Shown: positions 57,171 through 64,000 of the stretch, piece after piece
Layout of the letters: each line of letters begins with the position of its first letter
Position numbering within the stretch: position 1 is the stretch's first letter
Origin: Bacillota bacterium
GTDB lineage: Bacteria > Bacillota > Clostridia > Christensenellales > CAG-138
Reading direction: 5' to 3'
Assembly: GCA_023390655.1 (NCBI GenBank)
Contig: JAEWCL010000001.1
Coordinates: forward strand, 23,766 to 87,765
DNA length: 64,000 nucleotides
Program-made: the position numbers and the translations under genes
Notes under the pieces: model-generated
What the model saw: the letters and a program-made list of their open reading frames with translations, nothing else
The model's database searches: none
What the model was told of the DNA's origin: nothing

Positions 57171-58256
57171 ATGAGCGGGAAAGAAGCGAAAAAGAATGGA
57201 GCATTCTCTGAATTTCTGAAGAGAAAGAACATCGTCTTTTCGGTAAAACGGTATGGCATCGACGCTTTGAGCGCGATGGCGCAGGGGCTGTTTGCCTCCT
57301 TGCTGGTTGGGACGATTTTTGGCACCATAGGCGAGCAAACCGGCTTGCAGGTGTTTTTGGATATCGGCGCATTTGCAAAGGCCGCGACCGGCCCGGCGAT
57401 GGCGGTTGCGATCGGGTATGCACTCAATTGCCCGCCGCTTGTGCTGTTTTCTCTGGCTGCGGTTGGCGGCGCGGCGAATACGCTGGGCGGCGCGGGAGGC
57501 CCGCTTGCGGTGCTGCTCGTGGCAATTGTTGCGGCGGAGTGCGGGAAAGCCGTTTCCAAAGAGACCAAGGTGGATATTTTGGTGACGCCTTGCGTGACGA
57601 TTGCGGTTGGCGTTTTATTATCCATGCTGTGCGCGCCCGCAATCGGCGCTGCGGCAAGCGCCGTTGGCAATTCGATCATGTGGGCGACGGAGCTTCAACC
57701 GTTTTTCATGGGCGTATTGGTATCCGTTATCGTAGGCATTGCGCTGACGCTTCCCATCAGCAGTGCTGCCATTTGCGCGGCGCTTGGCCTGACAGGGCTT
57801 GCGGGCGGCGCCGCGGTAGCGGGGTGCTGTGCGCAGATGGTAGGGTTTGCGGTGATGAGCTTTCGGGAAAACCGCTGGGGCGGGTTATTGGCCCAAGGCC
57901 TTGGCACCTCCATGCTGCAGATGGGGAATATCGTAAAAAATCCGCTCATATGGATTCCGCCGACGCTGGCTTCGGCGGTTACCGGCCCGATGGCAACCGT
58001 CCTCTTCCGTCTGCAAATGAACGGGCCCGCGGTCGCTTCCGGCATGGGCACATGCGGACTCGTGGGGCAAATCGGCGTGTACACGGGGTGGGTCAATGAC
58101 GTTGCCGCAGGCGTGAAGGCTTCAATCACAGCATCCGATTGGATAGGTCTGGTGCTGATTTGTTTCATATTGCCCGCAGTACTTACGGCGTTGATTGCAT
58201 TGCCGCTGCGTAAAATCGGATGGATCAAGGAAAATGATTTGAAGCTAAGCCTCTAA
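57171..58256 (+). CDS. PTS EIIC-like (PTS_EIIC_2-type) membrane protein with no EIIA/EIIB nearby
   Basis: 361 aa polytopic Gly/Ala-rich protein with GLFASLLVGTIFGTIG and SMLQMGNIVKNPLIWIPP. Family recalled, not searched. Confidence 0.5.
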   Translation: MSGKEAKKNGAFSEFLKRKNIVFSVKRYGIDALSAMAQGLFASLLVGTIFGTIGEQTGLQVFLDIGAFAKAATGPAMAVAIGYALNCPPLVLFSLAAVGGAANTLGGAGGPLAVLLVAIVAAECGKAVSKETKVDILVTPCVTIAVGVLLSMLCAPAIGAAASAVGNSIMWATELQPFFMGVLVSVIVGIALTLPISSAAICAALGLTGLAGGAAVAGCCAQMVGFAVMSFRENRWGGLLAQGLGTSMLQMGNIVKNPLIWIPPTLASAVTGPMATVLFRLQMNGPAVASGMGTCGLVGQIGVYTGWVNDVAAGVKASITASDWIGLVLICFILPAVLTALIALPLRKIGWIKENDLKLSL

Positions 58257-58275
58257 AAATGCTCTAAAATGCGAG

Positions 58276-58317
58276 ATGCCGCCTGTTGGCTATGATGACC
58301 AACAGGCGGCATTTTTC
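58276..58317. terminator. bidirectional intrinsic terminator
   Basis: ATGCCGCCTGTTGG-ctatgatga-CCAACAGGCGGCAT followed by TTTTT. Confidence 0.75.
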
Positions 58318-58339
58318 TGTGTCTGACGATGATCTGCGG

Positions 58340-58708
58340 TTATGTTTTGCTTGCGTGCACGGTCATGGAACAGCTTGCTTCCATGCCGTTGTCACGCATA
58401 TACCCTGCGCCCCATTCGTACATGGCGGATAAAATCGGCCGCAAGCTCCTGCTAAACTCTGTCAATGAATATTCCACCTTCGGCGGCACGATGGGGTAAA
58501 CCGTGCGCAGGAGCAAATTATCGCTTTCAAGCTCCCGCAGCTGCTGGGTCAGCATTTTGGGCGTGGCCTGCGGGATGAGCTTTTGGAGCTCCCCGTGGCG
58601 CAGGGTGCCGTTGATGAGGTGCCATAAAATCAGGGCTTTGTATTTTCCGCCAATCAGGCGCAGCGTTGCGTCTACAGGGCAGTTCAGTCCGTTTTGCGTG
58701 CAGTGCAT
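58340..58708 (-). CDS. HxlR-family transcriptional regulator
   Basis: [22 protein letters not shown]...[33 protein letters not shown]...PPKVEYSLT. Confidence 0.8.
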   Translation of the reverse strand: MHCTQNGLNCPVDATLRLIGGKYKALILWHLINGTLRHGELQKLIPQATPKMLTQQLRELESDNLLLRTVYPIVPPKVEYSLTEFSRSLRPILSAMYEWGAGYMRDNGMEASCSMTVHASKT

Positions 58709-58854
58709 GGGAGGGCCTCTTTTCAATACTATACTTTTAGGTAGTATAGCACAATATAGTGCATACTTGTTTTATTGTCTCTTACAGCTAAAATAATAGC
58801 ATAAGCGCAATTGCCCGTCAAGGGCAGAGCAACCAGTAAGGAGTGAGGGCCCAT

Positions 58855-61323
58855 ATGATGGAACATCAAGTATTCAGCATCCGGGGTATGACCTGCGCGG
58901 CCTGCGCGCAGCGCATTGAAAAGACCGTGCGCAAGCTTTCCGGCATCGGGCAGGCCAGCGTCAATCTCGCCAGCGAAAAGCTGTTTGTAGAATATGACGA
59001 AAGCGCACTTCCGCTTTCCACCATAAAGGAAGCTGTATCAAAAATAGGCTACGAGGTAGTGGAAAAGCAGGATCATACAAACGTGACCATACCCATTGGC
59101 GATATGACCTGCGCGGCCTGCGCGCAGCGTGTGGAAAAGGCGATCCGCAAGCTCGAAGGCGTAAACAGCGTTTCCGTCAATTTTGCTACGGAAAAAGCGA
59201 CCGTGTCCTATGATCCGCAGCAGGTACGGCTTTCCGCCATACGGGGTGCGATCGAAAAAGCGGGGTACAAGGCGCTGGAGGTCAAAAAGACCGCGGCTTC
59301 GGATGAGGACCGGGCGCGCAAACAGAAGGAGATCCGTACGCTGTGGACAAAATTCATTGTCTCCGCCATATTCTCCCTGCCGCTTCTTTATATCGCGATG
59401 GCGCCCATGATCACGTTCGTGCGGCTGCCGTTCCCCAGCGGGCTTGATCCGATGAACTATCCGCTGATTTACGCCCTAACCGAGCTTGTGCTGGTACTGC
59501 CTGTCATCGGCGTAGGGTATAGGTTTTATACCAACGGCTTTCGGTCGCTCGTACAGCGCAGCCCGAATATGGACTCGCTTATCGCCATCGGCACGACGGC
59601 GGCCGTCCTCTACAGCGTATACAACGTGTGGCAGATCGCAAACGGCGCGTTCGGCGCGGTCGAAGCACTCTATTTTGAAACGGCGGGTGTGATCATTACG
59701 CTCATTCTGCTGGGCAAATCCTTGGAGGCTGTTTCCAAAGGCCGCACGAGCGAGGCCATTAAGAAATTGATGGGGCTTGCGCCGAAAACCGCAATGATCA
59801 TTGAGAACGGGGAAGAAAAAGAAATCCCCATCGATGAGGTGGAAGTCTCAGACGTCATCGTGGTGAAGCCGGGCGCAAAAATCCCGGTGGACGGCACGGT
59901 ATTGGAAGGCCACACGGCCATTGACGAAAGCATGCTCACAGGCGAAAGCATGCCGGTAGATAAAAAGGCTGGCGATGCCGTGTATGCCGCCTCCATTAAC
60001 ACCAACGGTACGGTCCGGTTCCGCGCGGAGAAGGTCGGCAGCGATACGGCGCTTGCCCAGATCATCAAGCTGGTGGAGGACGCCCAGGGGTCCAAAGCGC
60101 CCATCGCGCAGATGGCGGATATTGTATCCGGGTATTTCGTGCCCATCGTGTGCGTCATTGCGCTTCTTGCGGGCATCGCGTGGTATTTCGGCGTGCGGGA
60201 TCTGGAGTTTGCGCTGACCATATTCATCTCGGTGCTGGTCATTGCCTGCCCCTGCGCATTGGGTTTGGCGACGCCCACGGCCATTATGGTGGGCACCGGC
60301 AAGGGCGCGGAGAACGGCATCCTTATCAAAGGCGGCGAAGCGCTCGAGACCGCCCACAAGATCAACACCATCGTGTTTGACAAGACCGGCACCATCACCG
60401 AAGGAAAGCCGACCGTAACCGACGTACTGCCCGCAAGCGGCATACAGGCCGATGACCTGTTGCAGATGGCGGCTTCGGCGGAAAAAGGATCCGAGCATCC
60501 TCTGGGTGTTGCGATTGTGCAGGGCGCGCAGGAAAAAGGATTAACGTTCCATGCAGTGGAAGGCTTTGAAGCGCTCACCGGGCGCGGCATCGAAGCCCGC
60601 ATCAGCGGCAGGGCAGTGCTTGCGGGCAATCGGAAGCTGATGGACGAACGGGGCATTTCTCTCTCGGAACTTGAAGCGGCGTCCGACCGGCTGGCCGAAG
60701 AAGGCAAGACCCCGATGTATATAGCGCTTGATGGCAAAATTGCAGGCATCATCGCCGTGGCGGATGTCGTCAAGCAATCTAGCCGCGCAGCAATCGAAAG
60801 CCTGCACAAGATGGGCATCCAGGTCGCCATGATCACGGGCGACAACAAAAAGACCGCCGCCGCCATCGCGCGGCAGGTGGGCATCGACCGGGTACTGGCC
60901 GAGGTGCTGCCGCAGGATAAATCCAACGAGGTCAAAAAGCTGCAGAACGAAGGCCAGAAAGTCGCCATGGTGGGCGACGGCATCAACGACGCGCCTGCGC
61001 TCGCGCAGGCCGATATCGGCATCGCAATCGGCTCCGGTACGGATGTGGCGATGGAAAGCGCGGATATCGTGCTGATGCGTTCGGATTTAATGGATGTGCC
61101 GACCGCCATCAACCTGAGCAAAAAGACCATCCGCAACATCAAGCAGAATTTGTTCTGGGCGTTTGGGTACAATGTCATCGGCATCCCCATTGCGGCGGGC
61201 GTGCTGCATCTGTTCGGCGGCCCCCTGTTGAACCCCATATTTGCCGCCGCAGCCATGAGCCTAAGCTCGGTATCGGTGCTGACCAACGCATTGCGGTTGA
61301 AGAATTTCAGAGCGACACGCTGA
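58855..61323 (+). CDS. copA: copper-translocating P1B-type ATPase with two N-terminal HMA domains
   Basis: Two MTCAACAQR motifs, the CPCALGLATP TM motif, DKTGTIT, SEHPLG, GDGINDAPAL. Confidence 0.9.
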   Translation: MMEHQVFSIRGMTCAACAQRIEKTVRKLSGIGQASVNLASEKLFVEYDESALPLSTIKEAVSKIGYEVVEKQDHTNVTIPIGDMTCAACAQRVEKAIRKLEGVNSVSVNFATEKATVSYDPQQVRLSAIRGAIEKAGYKALEVKKTAASDEDRARKQKEIRTLWTKFIVSAIFSLPLLYIAMAPMITFVRLPFPSGLDPMNYPLIYALTELVLVLPVIGVGYRFYTNGFRSLVQRSPNMDSLIAIGTTAAVLYSVYNVWQIANGAFGAVEALYFETAGVIITLILLGKSLEAVSKGRTSEAIKKLMGLAPKTAMIIENGEEKEIPIDEVEVSDVIVVKPGAKIPVDGTVLEGHTAIDESMLTGESMPVDKKAGDAVYAASINTNGTVRFRAEKVGSDTALAQIIKLVEDAQGSKAPIAQMADIVSGYFVPIVCVIALLAGIAWYFGVRDLEFALTIFISVLVIACPCALGLATPTAIMVGTGKGAENGILIKGGEALETAHKINTIVFDKTGTITEGKPTVTDVLPASGIQADDLLQMAASAEKGSEHPLGVAIVQGAQEKGLTFHAVEGFEALTGRGIEARISGRAVLAGNRKLMDERGISLSELEAASDRLAEEGKTPMYIALDGKIAGIIAVADVVKQSSRAAIESLHKMGIQVAMITGDNKKTAAAIARQVGIDRVLAEVLPQDKSNEVKKLQNEGQKVAMVGDGINDAPALAQADIGIAIGSGTDVAMESADIVLMRSDLMDVPTAINLSKKTIRNIKQNLFWAFGYNVIGIPIAAGVLHLFGGPLLNPIFAAAAMSLSSVSVLTNALRLKNFRATR

Positions 61324-61335
61324 AAGGATATGTAT

Positions 61336-62019
61336 ATGAGAAAAGTTATGAAATTGGGTCTCCTGCTTTGCGCCGGGGCGGTTGCCATGCTTGCGCTCGT
61401 AGGGTGCAAACAGCTTGACGTGGTGGGAAGCCAGTCCGTTACTTCGTTTGATGCGGTGTTAAAGGCCATCCCAGATAAGGTACGGGCCGAAGAACTGAAC
61501 TATGGATGGTCACTTTCCGCCCCGGACGATACCGCACGGTTTATTTGGAGCGAAGATTACAGCAAAAGCCCGCTCTACGATGTTATGCTGGAGCTTGACG
61601 CGCAGCCGTTCTTAGACGCGGGGTTGGACCCAAACAAGCTCCCCGAAAACGTCCTCCAGTATGAAAACAAGCTGATGGTGGGCACAAAGCTTGGCAGCGA
61701 CGCATTGAAGTACAGCGGCGAAGTGACCCCGCTTGCGGCTTACGAACAGATCGTCAACTTGTACCGCGACAGCATCGGCTACCACACTGCGCTCGATCAT
61801 TACGGCGTCAAGCTTACAAACGGCAACATGTTCGAGTGGGCCAAGGATATGAGCAAGAATGATAAGGATATCGTGTTCGTACTGAATCCTGAGCCGTTTA
61901 TTGCGGCGGGCGTTGACCCCAATGCTGTGGAAGGCTGGGCGTTTGCAAAGGTTCCTATGGAAGAGGACGGGAAGGCGATTGAAGTGGAGAAACTTCTCAA
62001 GCCCTTTGACTTACAATAA
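61336..62019 (+). CDS. lipoprotein of unknown function with an internal duplication
   Basis: Start chosen 7 nt after AAGGA. Lipobox ALVGC. Repeats FIWSEDYSKSPLYDVMLELDAQPFLDAGLDPN and FEWAKDMSKNDKDIVFVLNPEPFIAAGVDPN. Confidence 0.6.
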   Translation: MRKVMKLGLLLCAGAVAMLALVGCKQLDVVGSQSVTSFDAVLKAIPDKVRAEELNYGWSLSAPDDTARFIWSEDYSKSPLYDVMLELDAQPFLDAGLDPNKLPENVLQYENKLMVGTKLGSDALKYSGEVTPLAAYEQIVNLYRDSIGYHTALDHYGVKLTNGNMFEWAKDMSKNDKDIVFVLNPEPFIAAGVDPNAVEGWAFAKVPMEEDGKAIEVEKLLKPFDLQ

Positions 62020-62031
62020 CAGGAGGCATCT

Positions 62032-62238
62032 ATGGCAACCATACTAAAAGTGGACGGCATGTCCTGCGAGCATTGCGTGAAGGCGGTAACATCGGCGGTA
62101 GGAGCGCTCCCGGGCGTCACCGGGGTTGCGGTGGACCTGCAGGCAAAAACGGTAACGGTGGATCATGACCCAGGGAAAGCCACGCTGGAGCAGATCAGGG
62201 TGGAGATTGAAGACCAGGGATACGATGTGGTTGGGTGA
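62032..62238 (+). CDS. copZ: copper chaperone (HMA domain)
   Basis: 68 aa, GMSCEHCV metal-binding motif, AGGAGG RBS. Confidence 0.85.
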   Translation: MATILKVDGMSCEHCVKAVTSAVGALPGVTGVAVDLQAKTVTVDHDPGKATLEQIRVEIEDQGYDVVG

Positions 62239-62424
62239 CGTTCATCAACCACAACAGGAATGCAGCAAAAAGCCCAGCCGCCTATGGCGGCTGGACAAAG
62301 CTTATCGGAAAAAGAGGAAAGGATTCCTAGGGGCCGTGTCCCTTAGGTGGGATTCCAAGGGCAAGGCCCTCAAAAAGAGTTTCCCGCCTCTTACCCCTTT
62401 GCCTGTGGCAGTGAGGGTTTCGTT

Positions 62425-62604
62425 TTATTCTCCAAGAAATTCTTTTAGCTTCTTGGCCTGAAGGCCTTCGGATAACGCGTATTCCCGGAAGAATGCATGT
62501 ATCGCCGGATCATCCACCTGCTCCGCATAGTCCATAAAATCGCGCACGCGTTCCTGCGTATCCAGCAACGCCTTTGTCAGAATATCATGTTTTCGTAACC
62601 GCAT
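62425..62604 (-). CDS. small hypothetical protein (59 aa from the second ATG)
   Basis: GGGAGA lies 7 nt before the second ATG. No recognisable motif. The coding status is uncertain. Confidence 0.3.
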   Translation of the reverse strand: MRLRKHDILTKALLDTQERVRDFMDYAEQVDDPAIHAFFREYALSEGLQAKKLKEFLGE

Positions 62605-62841
62605 AACTGATTCTCCCATAATCGTATCGATACGGTTACTTTACCCGCTATTACAAAAAAATATGAAACCGCATTAGAGAAGGCCGTGATATCGGGGTTC
62701 TTTTTTCGTTCAAAGAGATGCGCGGAGACTGCTTCGACAGGATAGACCTGATTTATAAAACAGATAATCGGGCAATGATGAGTGGTAATTGGTCATACGC
62801 CAGTCAAAAGAAAAACAAAGTGACCGGAGGAGGATTTTGAT

Positions 62842-63252
62842 ATGAAGCAACAGTCGCAGGAAGGCACAAAATCGGCGTCCCAACGCATCGATGAGAGGAT
62901 AGAAGAACTGGGCGGCTGGCGCGGGAAAGTGCTTGCAAGGGTGCGGGCGCTCATTAAGGAGGTGGACCCCGGCGTGGTGGAAGAATGGAAGTGGCGGGGA
63001 GTCCCTGTCTGGTCCCGCGACGGAATGCTCTTTACCGGCGAAACGTATCAAAACGCTGTGAAGCTGACGTTCGCGAAGGGTGCTATGCTGGAGGACCCGA
63101 TGCATCTTTTCAATGCAAGCCTGGAGGGGAACGTCAGAAGAGCCATCGATATCCACGAGGGAGATGAGATCAACGAGGAAGCGCTCAAAAGCTTGATTCG
63201 CGCCGCCATTGCGCTCAATGCGGCCGCCCACAAGCCCGTGCGCAAACGTTAA
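62842..63252 (+). CDS. DUF1801 (YdhG-like) domain protein
   Basis: GGAGGAGG RBS. LGGWRGKVLARVRALIKEVDPGVVEEWKWRGVPVWS...VKLTFAKGA. Confidence 0.65.
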   Translation: MKQQSQEGTKSASQRIDERIEELGGWRGKVLARVRALIKEVDPGVVEEWKWRGVPVWSRDGMLFTGETYQNAVKLTFAKGAMLEDPMHLFNASLEGNVRRAIDIHEGDEINEEALKSLIRAAIALNAAAHKPVRKR

Positions 63253-63279
63253 ACTCCCGTGGAGTTTTCAGGAGGAACA

Positions 63280-63651
63280 ATGGAGGGTTTTAAAGAGTAT
63301 TTAGCGCGTATTGATCACCCGCAGCATCGGGCCCGCGTGGAGGCGGTGCTCAATTGGGTGATGCAGACATTCCTCAATTTAGCGCCGAGAGTCGCATGGA
63401 ACCAGCCGATGTTCACCGATCATGGTACGTTTATCATCGGTTTCAGTACGGCGAAGCATCATATGGCGGTTGCGCCGGAGCAGGCGGGCATTCTTCGCTT
63501 TTCCAATGAAATCGTACAGGCAGGGTATGCGCACAGCAAGGAACTGATTCGTATTCCATGGGATGACCCGGTCGATTTCACGCTGCTTGAGCGGATTATT
63601 ACATTCAATATGTCGGATAAGGCGGCGTGTAAGACGTTTTGGAGGAAATAA
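63280..63651 (+). CDS. DUF1801 (iron-chaperone-like YdhG) domain protein
   Basis: AGGAGGA RBS. VAWNQPMFTDHGTFIIGFSTAKHHMAVAP. Confidence 0.65.
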   Translation: MEGFKEYLARIDHPQHRARVEAVLNWVMQTFLNLAPRVAWNQPMFTDHGTFIIGFSTAKHHMAVAPEQAGILRFSNEIVQAGYAHSKELIRIPWDDPVDFTLLERIITFNMSDKAACKTFWRK

Positions 63652-63740
63652 GTCCTGATTGTAAAAGCGGGCCTTGTCAAAAGTCAAGGCCCGCTCTAAG
63701 ATTAAAGTCCTGTTTATGCCTACTGAAGATTGGCCCATCT

Positions 63741-63995
63741 TCATTCCTGCTCCACGTGCTTTTTCAGCAATTCGTTGATCCTTTTCGCATCCAATTTAAG
63801 CTGCTGCCTTTGTATGGAGAATGTTAACGCATATATCGCGAAAAAGGCGGCGAGGAAAAGTAGAAATCCGGCCATGCTTTTGTCATACCAGTTGAATATC
63901 CATCCCGCAGCCAGATAGCAGGGAAGCAAAATTGCCAGTTCGCAGCCAACGTAACCCGCCGTTGATTTTATATTAATATGCGTCATAATCAGCAT
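63741..63995 (-). CDS. small two-TM membrane protein, hypothetical
   Basis: Two hydrophobic helices, then a charged tail QRQQLKLDAKRINELLKKHVEQE. No RBS could be checked because the window ends. Confidence 0.3.
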   Translation of the reverse strand: MLIMTHINIKSTAGYVGCELAILLPCYLAAGWIFNWYDKSMAGFLLFLAAFFAIYALTFSIQRQQLKLDAKRINELLKKHVEQE

Positions 63996-64000
63996 GTCGA

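Noticed and set aside
58709-58854. A CsoR- or CopY-type operator upstream of copA.
   Set aside because: I found no TACAnnTGTA cop box and no GC-rich pseudo-palindrome of the CsoR type. Only AT-rich inverted repeats are present; these are reported under the cop finding as candidate HxlR sites.
59670-61469. A 599-aa ORF antisense to copA. Similar long antisense ORFs: 34958-36244, 46834-48048, 50205-51161, 20619-21509, 6840-7742, 16887-17711, 10557-11375, 38914-39657.
   Set aside because: Each lies fully inside a motif-rich gene on the other strand. Their products are low-complexity and rich in Arg, Ala, Pro or Ser, and they have no RBS. This is typical stop-codon depletion on the antisense strand of GC-rich coding DNA.
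62240-62424. GC-rich hairpins after copZ (CCAGCCGCC-tat-GGCGGCTGG and CCTAGGGG...CCCTTAGG), considered as a terminator or small RNA.
   Set aside because: No U-tract follows either stem, and there are no flanking promoter-like boxes. The evidence is insufficient.
62624-62635. A perfect 12-bp palindrome CGTATCGATACG just upstream of the small minus-strand ORF.
   Set aside because: It is a single short palindrome containing a ClaI-like core. It has no partner site and no adjacent regulator gene, and the ORF itself is doubtful.

Overview
This window looks like a chromosomal segment of a fairly GC-rich, spore-forming anaerobic Firmicute (Clostridia-like). That guess rests on Gram-positive lipoboxes, an Rnf complex, a PdaA-like cortex deacetylase and glycyl-radical chemistry. 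I saw no rRNA, tRNA, CRISPR array, transposase or phage genes. Content in order: (1) a 5'-truncated ECF-like sigma factor with a C-terminal extension, next to a CMD-family gene. (2) A polar amino-acid ABC importer divergent from a DeoR-regulated orphan glycyl radical enzyme (GRE) operon: activase, GRE, long MDR dehydrogenase, long PfkB kinase. (3) A cobalamin-riboswitch-controlled operon encoding an exported CbiK-like lipoprotein, two paralogous small surface proteins, and a class-III SBP, FecCD permease and ATPase carrying an extra domain. (4) A second, shorter riboswitch-like leader facing the other way, driving a 14-gene translationally coupled anaerobic cbi/cob operon (cbiD-F-G-H-J-ET-A, cobT-U-S-C, cbiB, cobD, cbiP, cbiC). 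(5) A carbohydrate locus of about 15 kb with three regulators: FGGY kinase plus MFS; an Rbs-like ABC system, LacI, a FucI/AraA-like protein and a ceramidase-like protein; and DeoR-SIS-Rpe divergent from a TIM paralogue plus YjbQ. (6) A pdaA-like gene, rnfCDGEAB, an ABC-F ATPase, ktrB/trkH with ktrA/trkA, an aldo-keto reductase-ferredoxin fusion, and an orphan EIIC-like permease. (7) An HxlR regulator divergent from copA, an unknown internally duplicated lipoprotein and copZ. (8) Two DUF1801 genes and small ORFs. The two best candidates for an undescribed system are the riboswitch-gated surface relay at 10863-16495, a heme-relay-like architecture that appears repurposed for corrinoids, and the orphan GRE/dehydrogenase/kinase operon at 3918-10753. 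All calls come from reading motifs by eye; no database search was run.
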